Source: Anaerolineae bacterium (lineage in GTDB: Bacteria > Chloroflexota > Anaerolineae > S140-20). From it: DNA of 64,000 nt. The stretch's first letter is position 1. Every line of letters begins with the position of its first letter. The notes beneath the pieces were generated by a model. That model was not told where the DNA came from. It searched no databases and saw nothing but the letters and a program-made list of their open reading frames with translations. Shown here in pieces: positions 9,035 through 18,370 of this stretch. The stretch covers positions 1-64,000 of the forward strand of contig JALUTT010000059.1 of NCBI GenBank assembly GCA_027021705.1. Reading direction: 5' to 3'. The translations under genes and the position numbers were made by a program.

Positions 9035-9361
9035 TCAGCGGTCCTTCAGGAGGAGCAACAACATCACCACGGGGGTCTTGGCCACGATGCTGTGGGGGAG
9101 TTGGGGCGGCATATGAACCCAGGTTCCGGCGCGAGCTTCCATCGAATCTTCGCCCAGCGTCAGGTGGGCCTCTCCCTCCAGGAAGTGGAGGATGGCCGGC
9201 TGCGACGCCGTGTGCTCGGAAAGCTCCTGGCCAGCGGCGAAGCCGAAGAGCACCACCTTCACGCGGTCATCGTTGTAGACGGTCCGGCTGAGGATGCTGT
9301 CGGAGGGCACCTCCGGCACCAGGTCCGACAAGCGGGCGATGTAGGTGTACGCTGCGTCCAT
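9035..9361 (-). CDS. Cupin domain protein
   Basis: FAAGQELSEHT..LEGE..WVHMPPQLPHS cupin motifs. Confidence 0.85.
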   Translation of the reverse strand: MDAAYTYIARLSDLVPEVPSDSILSRTVYNDDRVKVVLFGFAAGQELSEHTASQPAILHFLEGEAHLTLGEDSMEARAGTWVHMPPQLPHSIVAKTPVVMLLLLLKDR

Positions 9362-9418
9362 CAGAGCATTCCTCCCCTCTTTGGGATGAGAACCTTACAC
9401 GGGTAATCACCAACACCC

Positions 9419-9919
9419 TTAAGACCGCACCGACTCGGCTATCGTCCCGTCAAAATGGCCCGGGCAGAGGAACTCGACGACTATCCCGTGGGCCTCGAGG
9501 GTGTGCCGATAATGCCACCAATCGCTGTCCACGGCATTCCAAACCGGTGCCTCGGCGACAACGGCGGTGGCCGCGAACTTCCGGTCGTTCGGGTCAAAGG
9601 TATCCAGGGCCGGGTCATCGGGGAATTCGGCAAAGCCGCGCCTGCCGCCTACCTCTGTGATCGGCACCTCCTCCACCCGACTTGTTCCCCGATGTTGAAG
9701 CACCCAGAGGTAAAATTCATCACCAACGCCGGGCTGGCCTGTATCGGAGGCATGGCTGCCGTACTCACGCAAGATGCGCCAGCCATCGTCAATGACGATG
9801 CGCCCTTCCTGACGCAACCGCTGAAGATGGTGCACACATGCGAGAACGCAACCGGGGCCGGCTTGAGGGCTGCGCTCGTTGGCCACGACAAGGACATTGG
9901 TGTCAACAACAGCCCTCAT
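9419..9919 (-). CDS. PIN-like domain nuclease
   Basis: VVDTNVL, ILREY, DPNDRKF and VDSD acidic residues; ATGA overlap with the upstream ATPase. Confidence 0.75.
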   Translation of the reverse strand: MRAVVDTNVLVVANERSPQAGPGCVLACVHHLQRLRQEGRIVIDDGWRILREYGSHASDTGQPGVGDEFYLWVLQHRGTSRVEEVPITEVGGRRGFAEFPDDPALDTFDPNDRKFAATAVVAEAPVWNAVDSDWWHYRHTLEAHGIVVEFLCPGHFDGTIAESVRS

Positions 9920-11301
9920 CTCCCATCTCCACCGAGCTTGCGTCGCATCGCGGCCTCCGTGCGCGCCACAGCTTCCCCCATTCGATCCCCAAAGAAGTCT
10001 TCGGGCCAGTTCACAATGGTGCCGTACTCGTCCATCTCCAAGGGGATCAATAGGGAACGTTCGTCCCGATAATCGGTGAAGTAGAGGCGGATGTCACGGG
10101 CCAATTGCCCATCTGCATCCTCGGCAACGCGCCGCTGCAAGCGCTGGAGGAGATACTCGCTGTGGCTCTCGACGATGATCTGCACGCCACGCCAACGGGC
10201 GGCATCGAGGAAAACATCGGCCAAAGCGTACTGGACCGAGGGGTGCAAATGGATCTCCGGCTGCTCGAAGAGCAGGATGGACCCTTCGGGAGCGTAGTAG
10301 CAGAGGACCAGAACGGGCAGAATCTGGGAGACCCCAAACCCCACGTCGGTCAAGAGAACCTCCGGGCCCTGAGCAGTCCGGCGGATGCGTACCTCGTAGT
10401 CTTTCCGGCCCTCGGCGATAGGCGCCAGGCGGAAGCTGTGGATCAGCTTCATCTCTCGGAGCCACTCGGCCACCCGTTCCTCGACGGTGCGTCGCTTGTA
10501 GCCTCTCCCCCGACGGATGTCCGCCCCACGGGCCCGGGACGCCAACAAGGCCGGAACGGCCAGTTCGCCCCGCCGCCCCACGTCGGAGACCATCTCCCCG
10601 CTCCAGATGTAGCGGCGCTTGGGATACTCCCGCAGTGGACCGAGGTAGTAGATTCGGGAGAAGAGCTTTTCCAAGGCCAGGGCAACCTGGCCCAGAAAGT
10701 CCACATTCTGATAGTAGGCAAAAGTCTCATCGGGAAAGCCATAGAACCGCACCGGTGCAGGAAGAGGCCAAGGACGCCCCCGGGAGCGTTTGGGAGTGAA
10801 CCCCTCGGCGATGAGGTCATAAGTGCCTTCCTCGGGCGATGCCAGTGACATCCCGAAGGTATAGCGGGGTGCTCCGCCGGCCCGCCGAAAGAGACGGTAG
10901 CGGAAGGAGGCAACGCGCAGTGGTCCCCCTTCCCCCTCCCGCCCGATCCGACCCTCAAACCTAACCTGCTGGAACGATGCCGAGGACGAACCGACGGTGA
11001 GGTCAAGCCGTTCTTGCCACTCGAAGGCGAAGTCCAGGGAGCGCTCCTCTTCGTGCCGGTAGATGATGTCTTGAAACGTACCTAGGTCCACCGGCGTGCG
11101 TTCATCACCCAGATGAAGCACCAGTGAGCGATCCGTGGACTCGACCGTCTGTTTCAACATGAGCAGGAATTGCAGAATCCCCGTCTTGCCCGAACTGTTG
11201 GGGCCGAAGAAGCCGGTAATCTTGCCCAGCGGGAAAGAGGGGAGGTCTTCCCAAGATTTGAAGTTGTGGGTTTCCAGTTGGGTGATCATCGTGGTTTCCA
11301 C
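9916..11301 (-). CDS. ABC-type ATPase (AAA_15/AAA_21-like) with DUF3696-like C-terminus
   Basis: NFKS, GPNSSGKT Walker A, VGFGVSQILP, LLFEQPEIHLHP Walker B/D-loop, ESHSE, WPEDFFGD. Confidence 0.85.
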   Translation of the reverse strand: METTMITQLETHNFKSWEDLPSFPLGKITGFFGPNSSGKTGILQFLLMLKQTVESTDRSLVLHLGDERTPVDLGTFQDIIYRHEEERSLDFAFEWQERLDLTVGSSSASFQQVRFEGRIGREGEGGPLRVASFRYRLFRRAGGAPRYTFGMSLASPEEGTYDLIAEGFTPKRSRGRPWPLPAPVRFYGFPDETFAYYQNVDFLGQVALALEKLFSRIYYLGPLREYPKRRYIWSGEMVSDVGRRGELAVPALLASRARGADIRRGRGYKRRTVEERVAEWLREMKLIHSFRLAPIAEGRKDYEVRIRRTAQGPEVLLTDVGFGVSQILPVLVLCYYAPEGSILLFEQPEIHLHPSVQYALADVFLDAARWRGVQIIVESHSEYLLQRLQRRVAEDADGQLARDIRLYFTDYRDERSLLIPLEMDEYGTIVNWPEDFFGDRMGEAVARTEAAMRRKLGGDGR

Positions 11302-11376
11302 CCCAGAGGCTCGGGTTAGCTAGTGGCGTATGACGCCCATACGGCTGTGGCAACGTAACCTTAAAAACAGTCCTCC

Positions 11377-12492
11377 TCACCAGGGCGCACCCAGAGGAGC
11401 GGTGCCGTCCAGGACGGCGGCGACCTTCGGCCCGTGGACGGGGTCCTTCTGGGCGTAGGCCCGCAGCAGCCCGAAGCAGCCGGCCAGCATCATGTCGCCG
11501 TGGGGCACCGCCTGGTAGACGGGTAGGTCTCCCCCCTCCAGCATCCTCCGGCGCGGCCCCACCACGGCGAAGCGCTCCGGCGCAGGAGCCTCTGGGTTCA
11601 GGACCAGGGCCCCGTGCCCCATGTCCTCGAAGACCTCCGCGTTGGTGAGGGTGCCGGCCGCCAGCTTGCGCAGGTAGGCCACCAGCGCCTCGCGGGTCAG
11701 CTCCCCCGTGTGGTGCTCGAAGAGGCCGACGATCTCCCCTTCGACCAGGTGGAAGGCCAGGCAGTGGAAGTTGCCCACGTTGGTCACCACGACGCTCCGG
11801 CAGCGGGAGACCTGGGGGTCCTCCAGAGCGCCCAGGATGGCGGCCGGGGCCGTGTCCATGATCAGCGTGGGCAGGTCCGAGGGGGCAGAATCGGCCGCAG
11901 CCTGGAGGCGGGTGAAGCGGTCGGGAACCTCCTCCCGCCAGAAGGCAAAGCCGGCCAGCCCCTCTCCCTGGGCCAGCCGGTCACTCAGGTAATCGAATCG
12001 AAAGCGGCGGTCGCTGTAGCCCGGTGGGGCCGCCCCGTGGTCGAAGACGGCCAGCGCCAACCCATCCACCGCCGGCTCCACGTCGAAGGCGGCCAGGGCT
12101 GCCCGGATCGCCTCGAAGTCGAAGTCCCGGAGCTCGATGCGGCAGACCCGTTCATCCCCCTCGGCGAAGGCCCCCTCCTCGACCAACTCGATGCCCATCT
12201 CCCGCACCCGGTCCAGGTCGTCGTCGAAGGTCTGGGCGGCCGCCGGCGTGGCGAAGACCCGATAGCCCGCCCGCAGGTGGTCCATCGTCGCCCAGTGGCA
12301 GGGGCCGCCTCCCATAATGCGGCCCGTCAGGAAGAGGTCCTGGCCAGCCGCCGTCGCCCGACGCACCCGCCGGGCCACCAGGATGGTCGGCGAGGGCATC
12401 ACCATCTGGAAGCAGTTCTCGATCTGCCGCTCGCTGTCGAAGAGCAGGATGTCCTGCGTTCCCGTCCCTACGTCTACCACCAGAAGGCGCAT
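11377..12492 (-). CDS. DUF1786-family protein (ASKHA-like fold)
   Basis: VDVGTGTQDILL, VMPSPT, MGGGP, DHGAAP..SDRRFRF, NVGNFH, FEHHT, PHGDMMLAGCFG. Confidence 0.75.
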   Translation of the reverse strand: MRLLVVDVGTGTQDILLFDSERQIENCFQMVMPSPTILVARRVRRATAAGQDLFLTGRIMGGGPCHWATMDHLRAGYRVFATPAAAQTFDDDLDRVREMGIELVEEGAFAEGDERVCRIELRDFDFEAIRAALAAFDVEPAVDGLALAVFDHGAAPPGYSDRRFRFDYLSDRLAQGEGLAGFAFWREEVPDRFTRLQAAADSAPSDLPTLIMDTAPAAILGALEDPQVSRCRSVVVTNVGNFHCLAFHLVEGEIVGLFEHHTGELTREALVAYLRKLAAGTLTNAEVFEDMGHGALVLNPEAPAPERFAVVGPRRRMLEGGDLPVYQAVPHGDMMLAGCFGLLRAYAQKDPVHGPKVAAVLDGTAPLGAPW

Positions 12493-12659
12493 CGCGTTCC
12501 TCCCGTCGGTCGGCTTCCCGCGAGCCACGCGGTGCCGGGAGGCCGGCGGATCCCCAGGAGACCGCTCCGGTGTAGGGGATAAGCACCATTTTACGGGGTT
12601 TTGTCCGTTTTGTCCAGTGGGGGGCTCCCAGGGTAGGGCTTTTCAGCGCTCTAACCCTT

Positions 12660-12762
12660 GGGGGAACCCTCCCGCAGGTTCTTCCCACGGCCTAAGCGTG
12701 TTGTAGGCCGCTGCCGGTAAGTCGTTGCCATCGCCGGGCACCTTTGACCTGCGGGAGGGTGA
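12660..12762 (+). repeat. Repeat family B (about 105 bp palindromic element)
   Basis: GGGGGAACCCTCCCGCAGGT...ACCTGCGGGAGGGTGA; near-identical to the tandem pair at 33321-33533. Confidence 0.8.
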
Positions 12763-12765
12763 AGA

Positions 12766-14235
12766 TCACTGGCTGACGACGATCTGGGCGTCGGGGTAGG
12801 CCGCGAAGTAGTCGCGGGCCGGAATCCGGTCGTAGCGGGTGCCCCAGCGGGTCTCGAACTCCATAATCCCGAAAGGGCCTTCGCCAAAGAGGGCGAGCAC
12901 CCGGGCCGTCTTGGCGATCTTGTCCCGGGCCGGATTGGGATCGCGCCCACCGTAGCCGTCGAAGATGGGGATGACGGCACCACCGGGGTACCGGCGACGC
13001 AGCGCCGCCGGGTTGGTCACCTGGTCCTCCTTGAAGACGTAGAAGGCGAAGATGCCGGGCGTCGTATACCCCCGGGCCTCCCGGCGGGCGAAGTAAGCGG
13101 CCGCCACCCGGTTGATCGCCTCCGCATCCACCACCCCTCCCGCCGTGTGCTCCAAGTCCCAGTCGAACCAGACGTTCTCCTGCAGGAAGCGGTCCATCAA
13201 CCCCTCGAAGAGGGAGAGCGGGTCCTCCTCGCCCGTCTGGACGTCCAGCATCACGTAGTAGCCCTGGCGCCGGGCCTCGGCGATGAGGTAGTCCAGGTAG
13301 AGCTCGCGCTCCATCACCCGGCCCGCCATCGCCACGTTGGGGTTAACGGCCACGACCACCGGCTTCTCCCCATTCCACCCGTCCACCCGCCCGGCGAAGG
13401 TGCGGGCCAGGTAGAGAGCGTGGTCGGCGATCACCGTCTGGCCCAGGCTCCCCCAGCCTCCGGGGCCGGGCCGGCCGTAAACCATCGCCACCGTCGCCCC
13501 CCGCCAGTCGGGCAGGGGGGGCAGCGGCAGCGCCGGGGTGACCGGCACCACGGACACCTCCACGGCCTCCGAGGTCACCCGCCAGAGGAAGTAGAGGTCC
13601 CGGTCCGTGGGGTTGCGGACGACCAGGTCGTCGCGCCCCCAGAGGATGTTGACCGTCTCCTCCAGGGAGAAGCCGGGGATGGGGCGGGCGTGGGGGCGAG
13701 AGGTCACGGGCAGCCCTGCCCGGACGGCGGCGGCCCGGAAGAGGGTGGCCAGAGCGCAGTGCCCACCGGCCAGGATGCCCCCGGCCTCCTTGTAGCCCGG
13801 CCCCTGCTGGAAGGTCTCGTTGAAGCTCCAGGCGAAGCCGGCCGGCACCAGGATCGTCCCCGTCTGGGAGACCCGGCGCAGGGCAGCCCAGTCCACCCCC
13901 TCCTCCGGGCGGTAGACCTGGGCCGCTGTGGGGGTGCGCCGCACCAGGGCCCAGCGGACGTTGTCGGCGTCGTCCACCGAGAAGGCCTCGGCCAGCGCCG
14001 CCAGGTCCAGACGGGCCTGACCCAGGACCTCCGGCAGCTCGGACACCGGCGGGGAAGGCTCCTCGCCGGCCAGCGGTGGGGTCAGGCCCGTCGTATCCGC
14101 CAGGACCCGGCTCTGGAGGCGGGCCGAGCCGGCGCTCCAGAGGATCAGCGGGCCGCCCAGCAGCAGGGCGAGGGTCAGGCAGAGGGCCCAGAGGAGCACT
14201 TCCTTACGCCACGTCGTCGGTTGCCTCAGCATCAT
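12766..14235 (-). CDS. Membrane-anchored or secreted protein with VanW-like domain and C-terminal hydrolase-like barrel domain
   Basis: N-terminal hydrophobic helix; WSFNE..GGHCALATLFRAA..RPH..DLVVRNPT resembles VanW; C-terminal MLDVQ, DWDLEH, FDGYG. Confidence 0.6.
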   Translation of the reverse strand: MMLRQPTTWRKEVLLWALCLTLALLLGGPLILWSAGSARLQSRVLADTTGLTPPLAGEEPSPPVSELPEVLGQARLDLAALAEAFSVDDADNVRWALVRRTPTAAQVYRPEEGVDWAALRRVSQTGTILVPAGFAWSFNETFQQGPGYKEAGGILAGGHCALATLFRAAAVRAGLPVTSRPHARPIPGFSLEETVNILWGRDDLVVRNPTDRDLYFLWRVTSEAVEVSVVPVTPALPLPPLPDWRGATVAMVYGRPGPGGWGSLGQTVIADHALYLARTFAGRVDGWNGEKPVVVAVNPNVAMAGRVMERELYLDYLIAEARRQGYYVMLDVQTGEEDPLSLFEGLMDRFLQENVWFDWDLEHTAGGVVDAEAINRVAAAYFARREARGYTTPGIFAFYVFKEDQVTNPAALRRRYPGGAVIPIFDGYGGRDPNPARDKIAKTARVLALFGEGPFGIMEFETRWGTRYDRIPARDYFAAYPDAQIVVSQ

Positions 14236-15514
14236 TGTTCTGCTCCTCCTGGGCCTCCGTCTCCGTTGTGGGGTTGGAGGCCGAGGGCTCCTGGCGCCGG
14301 CTGACGATGTAGAGCCAGCAGCCGTAGGCCAGGATGGTGGCCCCCAGGGTCAGCAGGCCGTTCCACAGGGCGCGGAAGAGGAAGCCGGCCACCACCCCCA
14401 GGGTGAAGGGGCCACGGTAGACGACGGTCTGGACTACCAGGGTCACCAAGCCGACGAGCAGGGCCGGAGCGACGACCGGGGCGTAGCGGGCGATGCCGCC
14501 CACCAGCAGGTCGGTGACGCTCTCCACCACACCCCACAGGCCGCCACCGACGGCCCCGATCACCCCGCCCACCAGCATGGCGATCCGGTGGCGCATCCGT
14601 TCCCGGAAGAGGGCCTCGCGCAGCGGGTTGATCTCGCGCCGGGTCTCCACCAGGCCGGGCAGAAGCCGGCTGTTGATGCGGTCCTCGGCCCGCTCCCCCT
14701 CCAGGGCGATCTGGCGACGGGCCAGGGCCGCGCCCCGCCGGGCGATGGCGTCCTCGGCTTCGGCCAGGGCGACGAAGTAGGCGTGGAGCAGGTGGAGGTA
14801 GTAGGCCTCCTCGCGGGAGTAGGGCTTGGGCAGGGGCAGCCCCTGCTCCTCGCAGAAGACCTCGAGCTGGGGGCGCAGTTGCTGGCGCAGCCGCTCCACC
14901 CGCGTCAGCGCCACGTCCCGCTCGGCGTCGGTTCCCGCCATACGGGCCGCGTAGAGGGCGGCCTCGCTGAGGGCGCTCTCGATCTGGGCCTCGGTGCGGG
15001 CCTGGCGAGCCCGGGCGCTCAGCCGGGCGATGAGGGCACGGGGAGAGAGGAGCCAGCCCTGGAGACCGGCCGGCTTCATCCGCTCCCGCATCAGGCTCTG
15101 GACCTGGCGCTGTAACGCCTGGGAGAGATCGCCGACCGCCAGCTCCTCCGTCTCGGACGGGGCCTGCTGCCGAGCGAGGGTCTCCTCTACCGCCGCCAGG
15201 AAGTCGGTCGGTCGAGCCAGGTCCCACAGCGGCCCTTCGGTCTCACGGTTGTGCTGGCGGATCGCCTCGACGATGCGCCGCCATCCCTCCTTGGAGAGGT
15301 GCTCCTTAAGCAGGTCCACCAGGCCGGCGACGGAGACTTCAGAGCGCAGGATCCACTCCCCCGGCGGCGTGATCTCGCCCTGGATCATCCGGGCCTCCCG
15401 AAGCCGGGCGATGAGCTGGAGCACCCGATCCATCGGGATGGTCGCCTCAGACGGGGTGACCGCCCGCTCCACGTCTTCAGTTACCGTTTCCTGAACCAGC
15501 AGGTCCTTCAGCAT
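14204..15514 (-). CDS. Hypothetical protein, helical or coiled-coil cytoplasmic region plus C-terminal TM helices
   Basis: GGAGGTG RBS before ATG 15514; hydrophobic C-terminus; overlaps the downstream VanW-like gene. Confidence 0.7.
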   Translation of the reverse strand: MLKDLLVQETVTEDVERAVTPSEATIPMDRVLQLIARLREARMIQGEITPPGEWILRSEVSVAGLVDLLKEHLSKEGWRRIVEAIRQHNRETEGPLWDLARPTDFLAAVEETLARQQAPSETEELAVGDLSQALQRQVQSLMRERMKPAGLQGWLLSPRALIARLSARARQARTEAQIESALSEAALYAARMAGTDAERDVALTRVERLRQQLRPQLEVFCEEQGLPLPKPYSREEAYYLHLLHAYFVALAEAEDAIARRGAALARRQIALEGERAEDRINSRLLPGLVETRREINPLREALFRERMRHRIAMLVGGVIGAVGGGLWGVVESVTDLLVGGIARYAPVVAPALLVGLVTLVVQTVVYRGPFTLGVVAGFLFRALWNGLLTLGATILAYGCWLYIVSRRQEPSASNPTTETEAQEEQNNDAEATDDVA

Positions 15515-15796
15515 GGCACCACCTCCTCGCCGAGAACAAAACAGGACCGGCCTGAGGCAGTCGAGACCCCAGGCCGGTCCGCCCACAGGGGGCAGGGGGG
15601 CACGATGGAGCAGGGCGATGGACGCCTACCGGGCACCACCACCCGCATCCGGTGGCGGTGATCGCAAGCCGGACCCGGGTGGGGCCTCGGGATGCCTCGC
15701 TGAGTTCCCTCGTCTGGGACGGGGGACGGGTATGCCGCGCCGGACGGTCTGTTCGTCCATAGTTCAGAATCCGAGTTTGCGGTCCACGACGATTAC

Positions 15797-15844
15797 AGAA
15801 CAAGTGTTCGAGCAGAATTATACACCGTTCTCGCCAGATGTCAA
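15797..15844 (-). promoter_or_regulatory. Sigma70 promoter (TTGACA-16-TATAAT) with LexA-type SOS box CGAACACTTGTTCT just downstream of -10
   Basis: tgtcaa 15839-15844, attata 15817-15822, agaacaagtgttcg 15797-15810 (GAAC-N4-GTTC). Confidence 0.7.
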
Positions 15845-15859
15845 GGGGAAGGGGGCCGC

Positions 15860-15980
15860 GGTGATTACCCATATCTTTGGAGATAGAGAGACCAGCCGTC
15901 CACGAATGGGGCACGAATACGCGAATTAAGGACCGTCTCATTCGTGCATTCGTGAGGAATTCGTGGATGGCCTGCTACGG
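15860..15980 (+). mobile_element. MITE family C, right-truncated copy
   Basis: Starts GGTGATTACCCA; interior closely matches 62982-63128. Confidence 0.75.
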
Positions 15981-16634
15981 TCAAGCCACCACCCAGATGA
16001 TGCCGGCCAGGGGGCGCGATTCGGCCTCCCCACCGATGGGGACCCGGTAGATGCGGGGCTGGTCCAGGAAGCGCTTCACGGCGGGAGCGATGCGGGCCCG
16101 GTCACGACGCAGGAGCCAGGCCCCTCGGGGATCGCGGCGGTCGTGGAAGACAACGAAGATGCGGTTGGCCCGGTGATACCGCCCCTCCCTCGACTGATTG
16201 CGGTACAGCCATGCCATCAGGTGGACCGGATGCCGGAGGGCGTAGGAGAAGGAACGGGGGTAATCCCGGGGAAAGCGGGTGAGCTTCAGGTCGAAGCCCA
16301 CCTCCCGCCCCTCCCGATCCCGGAGGTAGAAGTCTACGGTCGGGTGACGGCGGTCTGGATGGGCCCGGGCGCGGGGATGGTCCAGGATCAGGGCCAACAC
16401 CGCCTCGTGGGTATGGTAGCTGTACCAGCGGTGGAGGGCGTAGCGCTGCACCTCCTCCAGGGGGGCCCGGAGTTGGCGGGCCGCTTCTTCGCACCGTTCC
16501 AGGACCTCGGCATAGGTCAGTGTCGTATAGATGAAGTCGGTGGCCCGGTCCCAGGCATCGTTCTGCTGCCGGCCCCAAGCCCCCGGCTCGACCTGAGCGA
16601 GTTCATCCCATAGCGTCATCTCTCCCGACTCCAA
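15981..16634 (-). CDS. Hypothetical protein, possible PD-(D/E)XK nuclease fold
   Basis: E..., PTVDFYL..GFDLKLT pattern resembles PD-(D/E)XK. Confidence 0.5.
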   Translation of the reverse strand: MESGEMTLWDELAQVEPGAWGRQQNDAWDRATDFIYTTLTYAEVLERCEEAARQLRAPLEEVQRYALHRWYSYHTHEAVLALILDHPRARAHPDRRHPTVDFYLRDREGREVGFDLKLTRFPRDYPRSFSYALRHPVHLMAWLYRNQSREGRYHRANRIFVVFHDRRDPRGAWLLRRDRARIAPAVKRFLDQPRIYRVPIGGEAESRPLAGIIWVVA

Positions 16635-16658
16635 TCTCTCCGTCGCCCAAGCACCCGG

Positions 16659-17489
16659 TTACCTCGCTGCTCGACTCCCCCCCATCCAGCGCTTCTCCAG
16701 TTGCTCCAGCGTGCCATCCCGACGCATCGCGTCGAGGGCTGCGTTGACGGCCCGCAGGAGCGCCTGATCCTCCCGCCGGAGGACGATGGCGTACTGCTCA
16801 TCGGTCAGGGGGGGCTCGGCGACGACGAGAGCGGGCCGCGCACCGGTGTAGAGGAGGGCGGTCACCCGGTCCGTCACGGCGGCGTCGGCCTCATCCTGGA
16901 GCACCGCTTGCATCGCATGCTCTGCCGTGTCGTAGTGGTGCAAGGTCAGGTTCGGCAGCCGTCGGGCCCACCACCGGGCCAACTCGTCCCCCGCCGACCC
17001 CAGCTCTACGGCCAGCCGTCGGCCCGCCAGCGGGGGCAGTCTCCCCCTCCCGCCCCGCAGCGCCTCCTCCCCTCGACGCACGACCAGCACCTGCCCCGCG
17101 TCGAAGTAGGCCCGCGAGTAGGCGAAGTCGGCCATCCGGGCCGGGTCCACCACGATGGCCGAGATCACCAGGTCCACCTGGCCGGCGCGGAGGGCATCGT
17201 AGAGCCCATCGTAGCTCAGGTTGGCCACGAACCGGACCTGGACGCCCAACCGCCCGCCCAGCTCTCGGGCCAAGTCCACGTCGAAGCCCACCAACTCTCC
17301 CTGCTCGTCCAGGTACTCGAAGGGCATCCAGTTCGCTTCCATACCCACGCGCAGCGTCCCCCGCGCCAGCGTCGGGGGGAGCGTCGCCTCTTTGACCGAT
17401 CGGCAGCCCAGGGCCGGCCCCAGGAGAGCTATGGCGATGCAGAGCAGTGGGGGGAAAGGGGACCGATGTCCCGTTGTGAACGGCATCAC
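16659..17489 (-). CDS. Polar amino-acid ABC transporter substrate-binding lipoprotein (family 3)
   Basis: Lipobox ALGC, LRVGMEANWMPFEY, GFDVDLA, DLVISA; no permease nearby. Confidence 0.85.
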   Translation of the reverse strand: MMPFTTGHRSPFPPLLCIAIALLGPALGCRSVKEATLPPTLARGTLRVGMEANWMPFEYLDEQGELVGFDVDLARELGGRLGVQVRFVANLSYDGLYDALRAGQVDLVISAIVVDPARMADFAYSRAYFDAGQVLVVRRGEEALRGGRGRLPPLAGRRLAVELGSAGDELARWWARRLPNLTLHHYDTAEHAMQAVLQDEADAAVTDRVTALLYTGARPALVVAEPPLTDEQYAIVLRREDQALLRAVNAALDAMRRDGTLEQLEKRWMGGSRAAR

Positions 17490-17585
17490 ACCACTCCAGT
17501 GAAAATGGGCATAGGTGAAGGGGGAAAATGTGGTATAATAACCAGTACCAGGGTACTACCAACGGTACGGAAGGGGGGATTTTCG

Positions 17586-17762
17586 ATGGACATGGAAAAA
17601 CTCCAACGCTGGCGCTGGCAGAGACCGGACCCCGAGATGGCCCGCCGTCGGCGTCTTCTGGCTACGCTGATGAGCCATCCTGATGTGGATCCATCCTCCA
17701 AGTCGCCGGGGAAGCTCTTCCTGCGAATCCGACGGAATGCGAAACGGACAAGACCCTCATAG
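17586..17762 (+). CDS. Possible small basic protein (58 aa)
   Basis: AAGGGGG upstream of ATG and TATAAT at about 17534; ends 8 bp before the next gene. Confidence 0.3.
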   Translation: MDMEKLQRWRWQRPDPEMARRRRLLATLMSHPDVDPSSKSPGKLFLRIRRNAKRTRPS

Positions 17763-17770
17763 GCGCGACA

Positions 17771-18370
17771 ATGGACAAAATTCGCGTTCTGGTCGTCAAC
17801 AAGCACCCTGAACTGCGGCAATGGGTCTGCGATTACCTGAACGAGACGGAAGATATTGAAGCGGTCGCGGCCACGGCAGACGGGGAAGAGGCGGTTCGAC
17901 TGGTCGGTCGGCTCCGCCCCGATGTGGTCGTGACCGGTTTGGTTTTGGGCAACTCCGATCCCATCTATGTGACTCGGAGGATCCTCGAGACGCGGCCCGA
18001 GACCCGGGTGCTGTTGTACACCTTTCTAGCTCCTGGCACCGAGGCCCAGGCTGCCGCCGCCCTGGAGGCAGGCGCTGTGGGCTACGTCCTGAAGACGGAT
18101 CCGCCCGAGGTGCTCTGCCAGGCCATTCGGCGGGCCTGTCAGGGAGCGTTGGACATCCGAGAGCAGGAGGAGCGTAAGCCATCCGAGTCATCGGCGGGAC
18201 CGTCCTCGGAGGGAGGCAGCCTGTCCACCTTCGTCCCTTTCTCCTCCTCGGGATGGCAAAGCCAGCGTGCTGTGGCTGCCCGCACCTCGATGATCCTTTT
18301 CCAATCCCACCGCGTCCTGTTGCGCCACAATAGTGGCCAAGAGGTCCAGCGAATCCAGCTCCGGCCCTGA
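17771..18370 (+). CDS. Atypical NarL-like receiver domain protein with no recognisable HTH
   Basis: IRVLVVNKH, PDVVVTG, GAVGYVLK; acidic pocket and phospho-Asp replaced. Confidence 0.65.
   Translation: MDKIRVLVVNKHPELRQWVCDYLNETEDIEAVAATADGEEAVRLVGRLRPDVVVTGLVLGNSDPIYVTRRILETRPETRVLLYTFLAPGTEAQAAAALEAGAVGYVLKTDPPEVLCQAIRRACQGALDIREQEERKPSESSAGPSSEGGSLSTFVPFSSSGWQSQRAVAARTSMILFQSHRVLLRHNSGQEVQRIQLRP

Noticed and set aside
1..12000. CRISPR array near the cas genes
   Set aside because: No run of identical 25-40 bp repeats with unique spacers is visible; any array must lie outside the window.
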